A stretch of 64,000 bases of DNA from Deltaproteobacteria bacterium. Lineage in GTDB: Bacteria; Desulfobacterota; Desulfobacteria; Desulfobacterales; C00003060. The translations under genes were made by a program, and so were the position numbers. Positions 38,002 through 47,082 of this stretch are shown here, piece by piece. The first letter of the stretch is position 1; each line of letters opens with the position of its first letter. The notes below the pieces were generated by a model. That model worked only from the letters and a program-made list of their open reading frames with translations, had not been told where the DNA came from and searched no databases. The stretch spans positions 65,587 through 129,586 of the forward strand of contig JAFGFW010000047.1 in assembly GCA_016930875.1 (NCBI GenBank). The letters run 5' to 3'.

Positions 38002-38799
38002 CTACGAAAAAAGGAGCGGATGCGTTTCCAGAAAATAGATCTCCAAACGTTTTTGATAGCCCTCTTGTAACACCTTGATCATTTCAGGAAACCCGTAATC
38101 CGTAGCGCCTATCCTGCGCACTGGCAGGGCCTCAATGACCGAGTTGGTGACAAAGGCCCCGTCAAATCGGTTCAGATCTGCCGGCGTCACCTTCGATTCG
38201 GTCAAGGAGACGCCAATCCTCCTGGCAACCTTTATGATCTGCTTGCGTGTTATACCTGGAAGGAGGCCTGCATCTACCGGCGGTGTATTGATCCTCCCTT
38301 TGTTCAAGAAGAACACGTTAGTGACACTCCCCTCAGTAATCTCGCCACGTTCGTTCGTAAAGAGGGCATCAAACAACCCCTCCTCTCTGGCCCAGTTGAA
38401 AACAAAGATGTTTTCCAGGTAGGAAGTTGTCTTGAACCTTACCAAAGGAGACTGAGAAAATCTCTGAAAAGGGGCCAAGGCCAGCTTGACCCCTGAATCC
38501 TGCCAGGCCCGGATCCCGTGCAATGGCTCCCAGGTTGTCTGGAAAGCTGTTTTTTCCACACTGTGATCTCCATAGGAGATCAGGTTGAGCCGAAGGCGGG
38601 CCTCTGTGCCGGCTGGAATTTCCTTTAGGGCCAGTATCAATGCATCCATAGCTTTTTTTCTAGAGAAGGGGAGGGCGAAAAAGCGGCACCCGTCGGTCAT
38701 GCGGTCCAAATGATCCTCTACAAAGGCGACCTTTCTGCCTGCATAGACGCGAAACGTCTCAAAGAGGCCTTCACCAAAAAAGAGAGTTCGGTTTTTCAT
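38002..38799 (-). CDS. pabC: Class IV aminotransferase-fold protein, probable aminodeoxychorismate lyase
   Basis: It has the class IV fold pattern (FGEGLFETFR..., ITEGSVTNVFF, LPGITR). Its start abuts the pabB stop codon (38799/38800). Confidence 0.65.
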   Translation of the reverse strand: MKNRTLFFGEGLFETFRVYAGRKVAFVEDHLDRMTDGCRFFALPFSRKKAMDALILALKEIPAGTEARLRLNLISYGDHSVEKTAFQTTWEPLHGIRAWQDSGVKLALAPFQRFSQSPLVRFKTTSYLENIFVFNWAREEGLFDALFTNERGEITEGSVTNVFFLNKGRINTPPVDAGLLPGITRKQIIKVARRIGVSLTESKVTPADLNRFDGAFVTNSVIEALPVRRIGATDYGFPEMIKVLQEGYQKRLEIYFLETHPLLFS

Positions 38800-40092
38800 C
38801 TATAATTCGATTCCAATTGCCATCATGGAAGCTTTTGCCTTGAGGATACTCTCCTCATATTCTCCTTCAGGGTCTGAATCAGCCACGATACCCCCTCCCA
38901 CCCCGAGGACACCCTGTCCGTCCCATAGTTCAAGAGTTCGAATCGCTACGTTCAGGGTCATTTTATCCTGAAAAAAATATCCAATCGTTCCACAATACAC
39001 GCCTCGTTGATGGGGTTCCAGTTTATAAATGATCTCCATGGTCCTTTTTTTAGGGGCGCCCGTAATAGAGCCTGGCGGAAAGGTGGCGCGGATGATGTCG
39101 GACATCGAAGTGTCATTTCTAACCCTGCCAGTCACGTAAGAAACCATTTGATAGACGGTGTCGTAGGCCTCCACGACATACAGTCTGGGCACCTCCACAG
39201 AACCGAATTCGGAGAACCTTCCCAAATCGTTTCTCATGAGATCCACGATCATGGTGTTTTCAGCTCTATCTTTCTCGCTTTTTTTGAGTTCCTGCCGCAA
39301 TCTCCTGTCTGTAGAGGCATTACTCGATCTTCTTCTCGTTCCCTTCATCGGCTTGCTCAAGATCTTATTTTTTTTGAGGCGCAAAAAAAGTTCCGGGCTT
39401 CCGGAAATAACCAGACCATCTCCCAAGTTGATGAAGGCCGCATAGGCGACCGGCTGGATCTCCCTCAAGTGCAAGTACAGATCAAAGATGTCTCCCCGGC
39501 AGGTGAAATAGACCCTCTGGGTGTAGTTGATCTGATAAACATCTCCTTTCCTTATATGATCGAGTACGTGGCGGACATTTTCAAGATAGGTGGCTTTGCT
39601 TTGATTGAATCCTATTATTTTGCCCGTACAGGGCCTGCTGTTTTCATAACGAGAGGCAGGTAGGGCAGGGCGTTCGTCTCTGTGCCAGCAGGACCAGCTC
39701 TTTTGGAAATGATCAAATACGAGGACTTGAGGGTAGGCCCCAAGGTAGATGTCAGGAAGTGCTCTGTCCTTGCCGCCAGGCCTTGGCAGGTTTTCTATCC
39801 ACTGACAGGCTTCGTACCCTATGTAACCGGCTACAAAGTAGACTTGTGCATTGGATGATATGAAACCAAAGAAATCATCCTTCTTAAGGCCCGTGATATC
39901 TCCGCTAAGCACCTTTTCCGGCTTCCAGGCAATAAAGGAATATCGGTTGGTAAAGGAAGGCTTCTGAGTTTCTAAAAAGATGGCGCCCGGTTTATGACAG
40001 ACGGATCTGAAGACCTGACAGGGACCGGCTTTGATTGTCAAGCGCGTTTTTTCCATAGATAGATATACAATTTGGGATTGCGGATTGTGCAA
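38800..40092 (-). CDS. pabB: Aminodeoxychorismate synthase component I (anthranilate synthase component I family)
   Basis: The chorismate-binding C-terminus reads SGSPELFLR, MKGTRRR, DRAENTMIVDLMRNDL, PPGSITGAPK and RGVYCGTIGY. The PabB-versus-TrpE call rests on the adjacent class IV lyase gene. Confidence 0.7.
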   Translation of the reverse strand: MHNPQSQIVYLSMEKTRLTIKAGPCQVFRSVCHKPGAIFLETQKPSFTNRYSFIAWKPEKVLSGDITGLKKDDFFGFISSNAQVYFVAGYIGYEACQWIENLPRPGGKDRALPDIYLGAYPQVLVFDHFQKSWSCWHRDERPALPASRYENSRPCTGKIIGFNQSKATYLENVRHVLDHIRKGDVYQINYTQRVYFTCRGDIFDLYLHLREIQPVAYAAFINLGDGLVISGSPELFLRLKKNKILSKPMKGTRRRSSNASTDRRLRQELKKSEKDRAENTMIVDLMRNDLGRFSEFGSVEVPRLYVVEAYDTVYQMVSYVTGRVRNDTSMSDIIRATFPPGSITGAPKKRTMEIIYKLEPHQRGVYCGTIGYFFQDKMTLNVAIRTLELWDGQGVLGVGGGIVADSDPEGEYEESILKAKASMMAIGIEL

Positions 40093-40134
40093 TTAAGATC
40101 CCAAATCCAAAATTGTCAATAGAGCACCGGGGCG

Positions 40135-43100
40135 CTATCGCGAAAAATTCTTGACCGCCCCAATCCCTGTCTCTGGTTCGACTTTAACCGCGCAAACCTT
40201 GTATTCGGGTATCTTCGAAACCGCATCAAGGGTATCAATGGTCAGAAGATTTGCGGCGGCCTCTTTGAAGTGAAAAGGGATAAAGACAAGCCCTTGTGGG
40301 CAACTTGTAGTCAGATGGGCCCTGACAACCAGTTGCCCGCGGCGAGAGGAAACTCTTACCATCCAGCCTTCTTCAATATTGCACGTCTCAGCATCTTTAG
40401 GATGGATTTTCAATAACGGCTCTGAACATAGCAAATTCAGGTCCCGTACCCTCCGGGTCATTGTGCCGCTGTTATAGTGTTGCAGTACACGTCCTGTGGA
40501 GAAAAAAAATGGATAGGTGTCATTCGGCAGTTCGCCGGGCGGAATGAATTCTGTCGGATGAAATAGCCCCATGCCCCTGGTAAACGTGTCCTTGTGAAGG
40601 TATGGTGTGCCTGGATGATCTCTCGTCGGGCAAGGCCACTGAAGCCCCTGTTTTTCCAGGCGATCATAATAAATCCCACCATAATTCGGAGTGAGGCCGG
40701 CGATTTCTTCCATGATTTCTCCGGGGGATAGATAGTTCATCCGGTAGCCCATCGTCCGGGCAAGTTCGCAAATGATCTGCCAGTCCGACTTGGCCTGGCC
40801 CACCGGAGTAAATGCCTGTCTTACCCTCTGGATACGCCTTTCTGTGTTGGTAAAGGTACCTTCCTTTTCGGCAAAACTCGCTGCGGGAAGTACTACGTTG
40901 GCAAGCTTGGCCGTCTCGGTCATGAATATGTCTTGCACGACCAAAAACTCCAGACTATCTAAGGCAGCCTTCACTTCGTTGGAGTTAGGGTCGCTTATGA
41001 CCGGGTTTTCCCCAACAACATATAGACCCTTGATCTTCCCCTTGAGTGCGGCAGGCCACATCTCTGTAACGGCTAACCCTGGCTCAGGAGAGATTTTTAC
41101 CTCCCAATCCTGCTCAAACTTCTCAATTACCCGTTGGTCAGAGAGGCTCTGGTACCCTGGCAACACATTTGGAAGCGCTCCCATATCACAGGCTCCCTGG
41201 ACATTATTCTGCCCACGGAGGGGGTTTACCCCTCCTCCCTCGATCCCCACATTCCCGCACAGCATGGCCAGATTGGCAATGGACTTCACATTATCAGTCC
41301 CTGCCGCATGCTGGGTAATCCCCATTGCATACACGATAGAAGCAATCTCGGCCTCGGCATAGAGGCGGGCAGCCTTCTTGAGATCCCGGGCAGGGATGCC
41401 TGTGATCTTTTCCACAAACTCGGGATCGTATTTTGTGACGCTTTCTTTCAAGGCATCAAAGTTTTCTGTCCTCTTCTCCACATAGGACCTGTCCCACAAC
41501 TGTTCCTGAATAATGACGTGCATCAGGCCGTTAAGCCAGGCCACATCTGTGCCTGGTCTGGGCCGAAGCCAGACATCGGCGTATTTCATAAGTTCTAGCT
41601 CACGAGGGTCTACCACGATAAGTCTTGCTCCGTTCCGGGAGACTGCGCGCCTGATGTGGAGGTCCACTATGGGATGGTTCTCTGTCGGGTTGCTGCCGGT
41701 AAGTAGAATAACACACGCCTTTTCTATTTCCATCATAGAATTGGTCATCGCTCCACTACCAAAGGCGGCGGCCAGACCGGCCACGGTCGAGGCATGTCAG
41801 AGTCGCGCGCAATGATCCACATTGTTCGTCCCGATCACAGCTCGCATGAACTTTTGCATGAGGTAGTTTTCCTCATTAGTGCACTTAGCAGAACTCAAGC
41901 AGGCCAAAACCTGTGGGCCGCATCTTTCCTTCAATTCCAAAAACTTTTGGGAGACCAATGACAGCGCTTCCTCCCAGGTTGCTTCAACGAAATACTCACC
42001 TTTTCGCACAAGAGGATGCGTGAGACGGTCTTTATGATGGAGAAAATCGTATCCGAATCGCCCCTTGACACACGTGTTTCCAAAATTCGGGGCATGGGAA
42101 GGATCTGATGTCACCTCCACCAGGGATTCCCCGTTCACGTTCAGTGTCAGATTGCAGCCGCACCCGCAATATGCGCAAACGGTCCTTGTCTGCTTCAATC
42201 GATCAGAAGGAACAGGAAGCGTGACGCACTTTTTTACCAGGGCGCCTGTGGGGCAACTGTCCACACATTTTCCGCAAGACGTACAGCTTTCGTTTATCCT
42301 GATCGTAATGTCCAAAGGGAGGTCATTGTCATCGAATTGAGATGCATTCACTTCCATTGCCTGAAATTCACAATTACTTCTGCAGCGCTGGCAAAAGATA
42401 CACTTGTTGGGATCAATCGTGATAAGAGGATGGCTATCGTCTATCGCATACTTGAGACGTTTTTCCGTTCCCAAGACAGAGAGATCCGCACCATATTCCA
42501 TGGCAAGCCTTCTGAGTTCACATTTGGGAAGAGCCACACAGCCGCAACCCAGACATCGTCCCGCCTCTCGAAGGGCCATATCCTCGGAAAAGCCAAGCGT
42601 ATATTCGATAAAACTCCGGATACGTATGTTGGGAGGACGCTCGGGGATCTGTTCACTCGGCTCGATTTGAATCCCAGCGAAATTCTTAAGATCTACCTCA
42701 TCAAGGTTCCCTCCCCTGGTAACGTTAAGCTCTGTTTGAGCAGGTCTTATCTCATTCCCGGTAAGGTAGAGATGGATCGAATCGGTAGCTCTCCGACCGG
42801 CAGCAACTGCCTTAACGACCGTTCTTGGACCGCTAACCACGTCCCCACCGGCAAAAACCCCTTTTACGCTAGTTTGAAAAGTGTCCGGGTCTACAATGAT
42901 CCTATCTTTTTGAGATATAGCGAGTTCACCAATTTTACCTTCAGTAGAAAACAATGAGACGTCAGGCCTCTGACCGATTACAGAAAAAACATTATCCACT
43001 TCAAAAATAGCCTCAGAACCAGAAATGGGAACAGGATAACGTCGTCGTCCGTCCTTTTCCGGTTCGCTGAGTCGGGTTCGAAGTACTTCAATTTTCAGGC

Positions 43101-44274
43101 GCCCATCCTCTGTCATAATCCTTGAAGGAGTTGCCACGAAAAAAAAGCGCACCCCCTCTGCTTCTGCTTTCCTGACCTCCTGCTCCCTGGCGGGCAGCTC
43201 CAGCCGGCTGCGCCGGTAGATGATGGTTACTTCTTCAGCCCCTATTCTCAGGCAGGTCCGCGCCACATCCATGGCCGAGTTTCCCCCTCCGATCACAGCC
43301 ACCCTTTTACCTATACTGACATCTTTGCCGGCAGCTACGTTTTTCAGGAACTCCAATCCGGAAACGACCCCTTCCAGATCTTCCCCCTCCACCCCCATAT
43401 TTATTTCGCGCCATGCTCCTATGCCGACAAAAATCGCACCAAAGCCTTCCTCACTCAGAGTTTCCAGAGTAAAGTCCTTTCCCAGCCGCTGTCCGGTCCT
43501 AACGCTAATACCGGTTTGAAGAATATTTCTTATTTCCAGATCCAGGATCTTCTTGGGGAGTCGGTACTCTGGTATGCCATAACGGAGCATCCCGCCTAGT
43601 TTGGGCATCGCCTCAAGGATTGTAACCGCATGACCCTTTCGGGCCAGATAGTAGGCTGCTGACAGTCCTGCAGGTCCACCGCCAATGACGGCCACACGAT
43701 GTCCGGTGGACGCCAAAGGACCAAGAATATCTCTTTGTTCAGCATGCAACGCATAGTCTGCAACAAATCGCTTGAGGTGATTTATAGTCACAGGCTCGTC
43801 AACCAGCATCCGGCGACACATGTCCTGACAAGGGTGGGGGCAGATTCTGCCTGTCGATAACGGAAGGGGATTCTTCTCCTTGATGAGCCTGAGCGCCTCA
43901 AGATATTGCCCACGGCCGATCAGGCTGACATACCCCTGGATATTTATGTTGGCCGGGCAGGAAAAGGAACAAGGGGAGATACAGTCTCCATAGTGCCGGG
44001 AGAGTTTTAGTTCCAAGATATGTTTGCGGTGTGCTCGAACAGGATCACTCTTGGTGCTTACAATCATGCCGTGTTCCACCGGCGTGGAACAGGCTCGCAC
44101 GAGGGCTTTTTCCCCCTCAATTTCAACAGCGCATATTTGACATGGATGATCCGCCTGATGCGAACATAAGGTGGGGATATTAATACCGGCATGCGAGGCG
44201 GCATCGAGAATGGTCGTGCCAGGTTCAACCCACACGGTTTGACCATCGATCCTGACTTGCACACTATTCGTCAC
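40135..44274 (-). CDS. fdhA: Selenocysteine-containing formate dehydrogenase catalytic subunit fused to 2Fe-2S and GltD-like NAD(P)H/FAD modules (1379 aa, U826)
   Basis: The track ORFs 41797..44274 and 40135..41784 are in the same frame, separated only by TGA at 41797-41799. Read-through gives ...[30 protein letters not shown], the canonical Mo/W-FDH Sec/Cys active-site motif. Upstream domains are a 2Fe-2S (Fer2-like), a GltD-like region (VAVIGGGPAGLSAAYYLA..., AVIGGGNSAMD), 4Fe-4S clusters and the MopB Fe4S4 motif CAYCGCGCN. Confidence 0.85.
41765..41796 (-). promoter_or_regulatory. Candidate bacterial SECIS hairpin for the FDH UGA
   Basis: The mRNA downstream of the UGA reads CAUGCCUCGACC-GUGGCC-GGUCU-GGCCGC. 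This forms a 6-bp stem with a GGUCU apical loop starting 12 nt after the UGA. It is reminiscent of the GGUCU-containing loop of the E. coli fdhF SECIS. Confidence 0.5.
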
Positions 44275-44320
44275 TTGGACTCCGAACAGTTAGCTAGTTT
44301 CCATCCATAAATGGCCCTTT

Positions 44321-44480
44321 TTTCTCTGAGCGGCGTTCTCCGCGGGTTGTGCGCCTGCGGCTTGAGAACAGTACGCCTGCGACGTACGAAAAGTACGTCT
44401 CGGCATAAACCCTTGTGCGGCCTTGCGGCTTCGCCAAGGCTACGCCGGCACAAGTGCTCAGAGAAATCCGCCTCAGGCGG
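44321..44480. repeat. Multi-hairpin structured intergenic element between fdhA and acsE
   Basis: The outer inverted repeat is TTTCTCTGAGC (44321-44331) / GCTCAGAGAAA (44456-44466). The inner perfect hairpin is GACGTAC-GAAAA-GTACGTC (44381-44399). Additional hairpins are CCTTG...CAAGG and CCGCC-TCA-GGCGG (44468-44480). Confidence 0.5.
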
Positions 44481-44581
44481 ACTGAATTGGAAACATACGC
44501 CACTGCCTTTTGATTTGAAAACCATTCGTCGATGGGCACTAGCTATTCAGCAAAGGAGTTCTTCACATCCCTGGCAACGAC

Positions 44582-45481
44582 TCATAACCCCAGCCATGAA
44601 TCGGTATAGAGGGAATGCCCCAAAAGCACCCTTGCGGTTTTCACATACTCCTTAGCTTCCTTGCTGAGGTTTTCCATGATCGGATCGTTCCCGTCAACCA
44701 CTTGATGAACCAAGGCTGTGATTTCTGGCAGCTTGCCCCGTGCGATCTTGTGCTGATCCTTGTCAAAGGCGTCCACGATACATGATTTCATCCCGAACTT
44801 TTCGAGCATGATCATATAAGTCCGATTCAGGATGGGCCGAAGATGGTCAGGTGCGCCATTTGAGACGTTAGACAGCCCACAAGTGGATTTGCACCCAGGA
44901 GCCAGCACTTCTGCTATCATAGCCAGCTCTGACATGAACTGATTACATTCCAGCAGTTGATTCTGCTGGACATTGACAGGCGTTATAATCGGATCGACCC
45001 ATATATCTTCTCCTGCCACACCAGCCTCCACAGCCCTCTGGAGTATATCGGCAGCCAGGACTCCGCGCTCTGCCGCGTCCCTGGGCATCCCTTCGGGCCC
45101 CCAAAGCAGTGCCACCATGCCCGCATCATATCTGGTAACCATCGGGATCTGTTGCTCCATCCTTTCAGGGCGACACATGATAGAATTTATCACTGCCTTT
45201 CCCAGTCTGTTCTCATAAACCTTGAGGCCAGCTTCAACAGCCTTCGCATTCGTGGTGTCGAGATATAGGGGCAGGTCAACGACTTCCTGGATGGTTTTCA
45301 CCATCCACTCCATCAATTCCTCCCCGCCCTTTCTGGCAGGGCCCAGATTGATATCTATGTAATCCACCCCAGCTTCTGCTTCAGCCACGGCCAGCCCTTG
45401 GATGGGCTTTGGGTCCCTCTCCTTGATGGCCTGCCCGATTCTCTTGACCATAACATTCAGATTTTCACCGATCAGAATCAT
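44582..45481 (-). CDS. acsE: Methyltetrahydrofolate:corrinoid/iron-sulfur protein Co-methyltransferase
   Basis: This is a pterin-binding TIM-barrel protein: MILIGENLNVM...IKERD...QGLAVAEAEAGVDYIDINLGP. It is about 300 aa long and adjacent to acsC. Confidence 0.8.
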   Translation of the reverse strand: MILIGENLNVMVKRIGQAIKERDPKPIQGLAVAEAEAGVDYIDINLGPARKGGEELMEWMVKTIQEVVDLPLYLDTTNAKAVEAGLKVYENRLGKAVINSIMCRPERMEQQIPMVTRYDAGMVALLWGPEGMPRDAAERGVLAADILQRAVEAGVAGEDIWVDPIITPVNVQQNQLLECNQFMSELAMIAEVLAPGCKSTCGLSNVSNGAPDHLRPILNRTYMIMLEKFGMKSCIVDAFDKDQHKIARGKLPEITALVHQVVDGNDPIMENLSKEAKEYVKTARVLLGHSLYTDSWLGL

Positions 45482-45503
45482 GAAACCCCCTAGCGATTGA
45501 ATA

Positions 45504-45524
45504 TTGATGATTGATGATTGATGA
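45504..45524. repeat. Three perfect tandem heptamers (TTGATGA)x3 in the acsC-acsE spacer
   Basis: TTGATGA occurs at 45504, 45511 and 45518, preceded by a degenerate copy TTGAATA. The palindrome GGAATC-AAGC-GATTCC follows at 45529-45544. Confidence 0.8.
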
Positions 45525-45582
45525 ATTAGGAATCAAGCGATTCCTTTCAAAATAGTCAATCTACAATCAAAAATCGTCAATT

Positions 45583-46929
45583 CTAAGCCTGCCACTCCCT
45601 GAGATAGGCGGGGATGTGGGCCGACTCTCTTGGCCCCACCATGACCTCCCAGTCGCCCAATTCTTCTTCCAGGTCCCCTGAGATGGCAGCTGCATAGCCT
45701 GGTATGATCACCTTTTTATGATTCACCTTGTCTGCTATGCCACACTTTTTTATGGACATGCCGACGGCATCTCCTACGAATTTTCCGGCAGCCCAGGCCG
45801 TAAGCACTGAAAGGCCTTCTGTGTCTACAACGACTAACCATGCAGGAATCCGGCTCGCTTCGATCTCGCCCGACACAATAAAATAGGTTAGCGAGAAATT
45901 GCAGGTCACCAGTACGGGCGAGTCCTCCTTTGGTCCTCCGATTTCGTAAATACCGGGAGATGTAGCCATGGGGCGCTGCGGGTCTGTATAGATGTTCATA
46001 CGGGCCACGAGGAGCGGGAAGAGGCTATGACCTTGAAGGTCTGAAAGCACAATGATTCCACCGTATTTTGCCACAAACATGCCGGCGATCAAGGTCTCTT
46101 GCATAAGATCATCGATCATCTCGCATGGCAATGTAATGGTGGGAAAACCGAGGGGACGATGTTTCTTGACAATGGCCCCACGGCGGATAGCTATCTGGTC
46201 TTCAAAGGCCTTCCTGGTAGTACGTGCTCCAGAATCGATAACCAGGTCTTTGAGTCCGTCTTCTGTCAACTTCGTGGTCAAATCCGAAACGTCGTCGATA
46301 CCGTCTCCCTTAACTGCCAAGGGACAGCCATATTCTTTGGCAAGGCCGGCCATGCTGTCCACGTTGTCCCTGGTCGCTGCATAGATGAGCGGCTTGCGAT
46401 CAGCGCATACCTTAAGCCCTGCTTCCATCACGCTGGCATTCGTGGCCATGAGGATAATGCCACCGTCTGTCTCATTTTTTACCCTCGCAGTCAGGGCCTC
46501 AAACTTTCCCGTATCGCTAGAGATGGACTTTGCAGCCACAAGGTTAGCCCTCAGGATCAGCCCCACACGTTCGTATTCCAGTGTCCTGAACCGTTCAAGC
46601 CGGCCAGCCACCTCCTCGTCAGCCATCTCATCCGTGACAAGGACAGCTAGCCCAGGCGAATTCAAGAACGTCTTCTCGTGACGAAAGAGCACGGTTTCAC
46701 CGCCTATCTTCAGCTTCCTGTCCCCGGTTCCAATCTCCACCACTCTGATGGGAGGTGCTGAGGCATCAGCGAGTTCTGCCTTGGTCTCTTCTGAAACATA
46801 GGGGCAAGCACCCAGCTCTGCCTTGCCCGCAGCCAGGTTCATGGCAAAGGCCAGGCAGGTTGGCACCCCGCACTCCCCGCAATTGGTCTTGGGCAAAAGT
46901 TTGTAAATCTGAATTCCTGTTAAAGCCAT
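45583..46929 (-). CDS. acsC: Corrinoid/iron-sulfur protein large subunit (AcsC/CdhE)
   Basis: The N-terminal [4Fe-4S] motif is KLLPKTNCGECGVPTCLAFAM. The length is about 448 aa. It lies between acsB and acsE. Confidence 0.85.
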   Translation of the reverse strand: MALTGIQIYKLLPKTNCGECGVPTCLAFAMNLAAGKAELGACPYVSEETKAELADASAPPIRVVEIGTGDRKLKIGGETVLFRHEKTFLNSPGLAVLVTDEMADEEVAGRLERFRTLEYERVGLILRANLVAAKSISSDTGKFEALTARVKNETDGGIILMATNASVMEAGLKVCADRKPLIYAATRDNVDSMAGLAKEYGCPLAVKGDGIDDVSDLTTKLTEDGLKDLVIDSGARTTRKAFEDQIAIRRGAIVKKHRPLGFPTITLPCEMIDDLMQETLIAGMFVAKYGGIIVLSDLQGHSLFPLLVARMNIYTDPQRPMATSPGIYEIGGPKEDSPVLVTCNFSLTYFIVSGEIEASRIPAWLVVVDTEGLSVLTAWAAGKFVGDAVGMSIKKCGIADKVNHKKVIIPGYAAAISGDLEEELGDWEVMVGPRESAHIPAYLREWQA

Positions 46930-46983
46930 ATTGTTCCTCCGTTGTTAGTCATCAGTGACTGGTCATTGGTTCGATGCAGGATG

Positions 46984-47029
46984 CCTGATGCCAGATGCCT
47001 GATAGAGGGGGCTGGCATCGGGCATCAGG
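46984..47029. repeat. 16-bp-arm inverted repeat (long hairpin) in the acsB-acsC spacer
   Basis: CCTGATGCCAGATGCC (46984-46999) and GGCATCGGGCATCAGG (47014-47029) are complementary at 15 of 16 positions, with a 14-nt loop. GGTCATTG-type low-complexity motifs flank it. Confidence 0.75.
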
Positions 47030-47082
47030 TATCGGTTATTATTGGGTATTGGTCATTGATAAGTGACGGATGATAAATGACT

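Noticed and set aside
40135-41784. A separate 549-aa molybdopterin oxidoreductase gene starting at GTG 41784, implying a split or pseudogenised FDH.
   Set aside because: It is in the same frame as the upstream ORF. Only a TGA intervenes, at the canonical Sec position ([13 protein letters not shown]), and a SECIS-like hairpin follows. It is better explained as one selenoprotein.
44311-44655. A 114-aa plus-strand ORF (also 44271..44525 and 44294..44539, minus strand) in the fdhA-acsE gap.
   Set aside because: The translation runs through the nested inverted-repeat element and into the antisense of acsE. The Arg/Cys/Leu-rich composition is typical of translated GC-rich repeats.
45490-45530. Short tandem repeats in Wood-Ljungdahl-cluster spacers as a possible CRISPR array.
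   Set aside because: The units are only 7-9 nt and directly abut one another with no spacers. No cas genes are present. This is not CRISPR.
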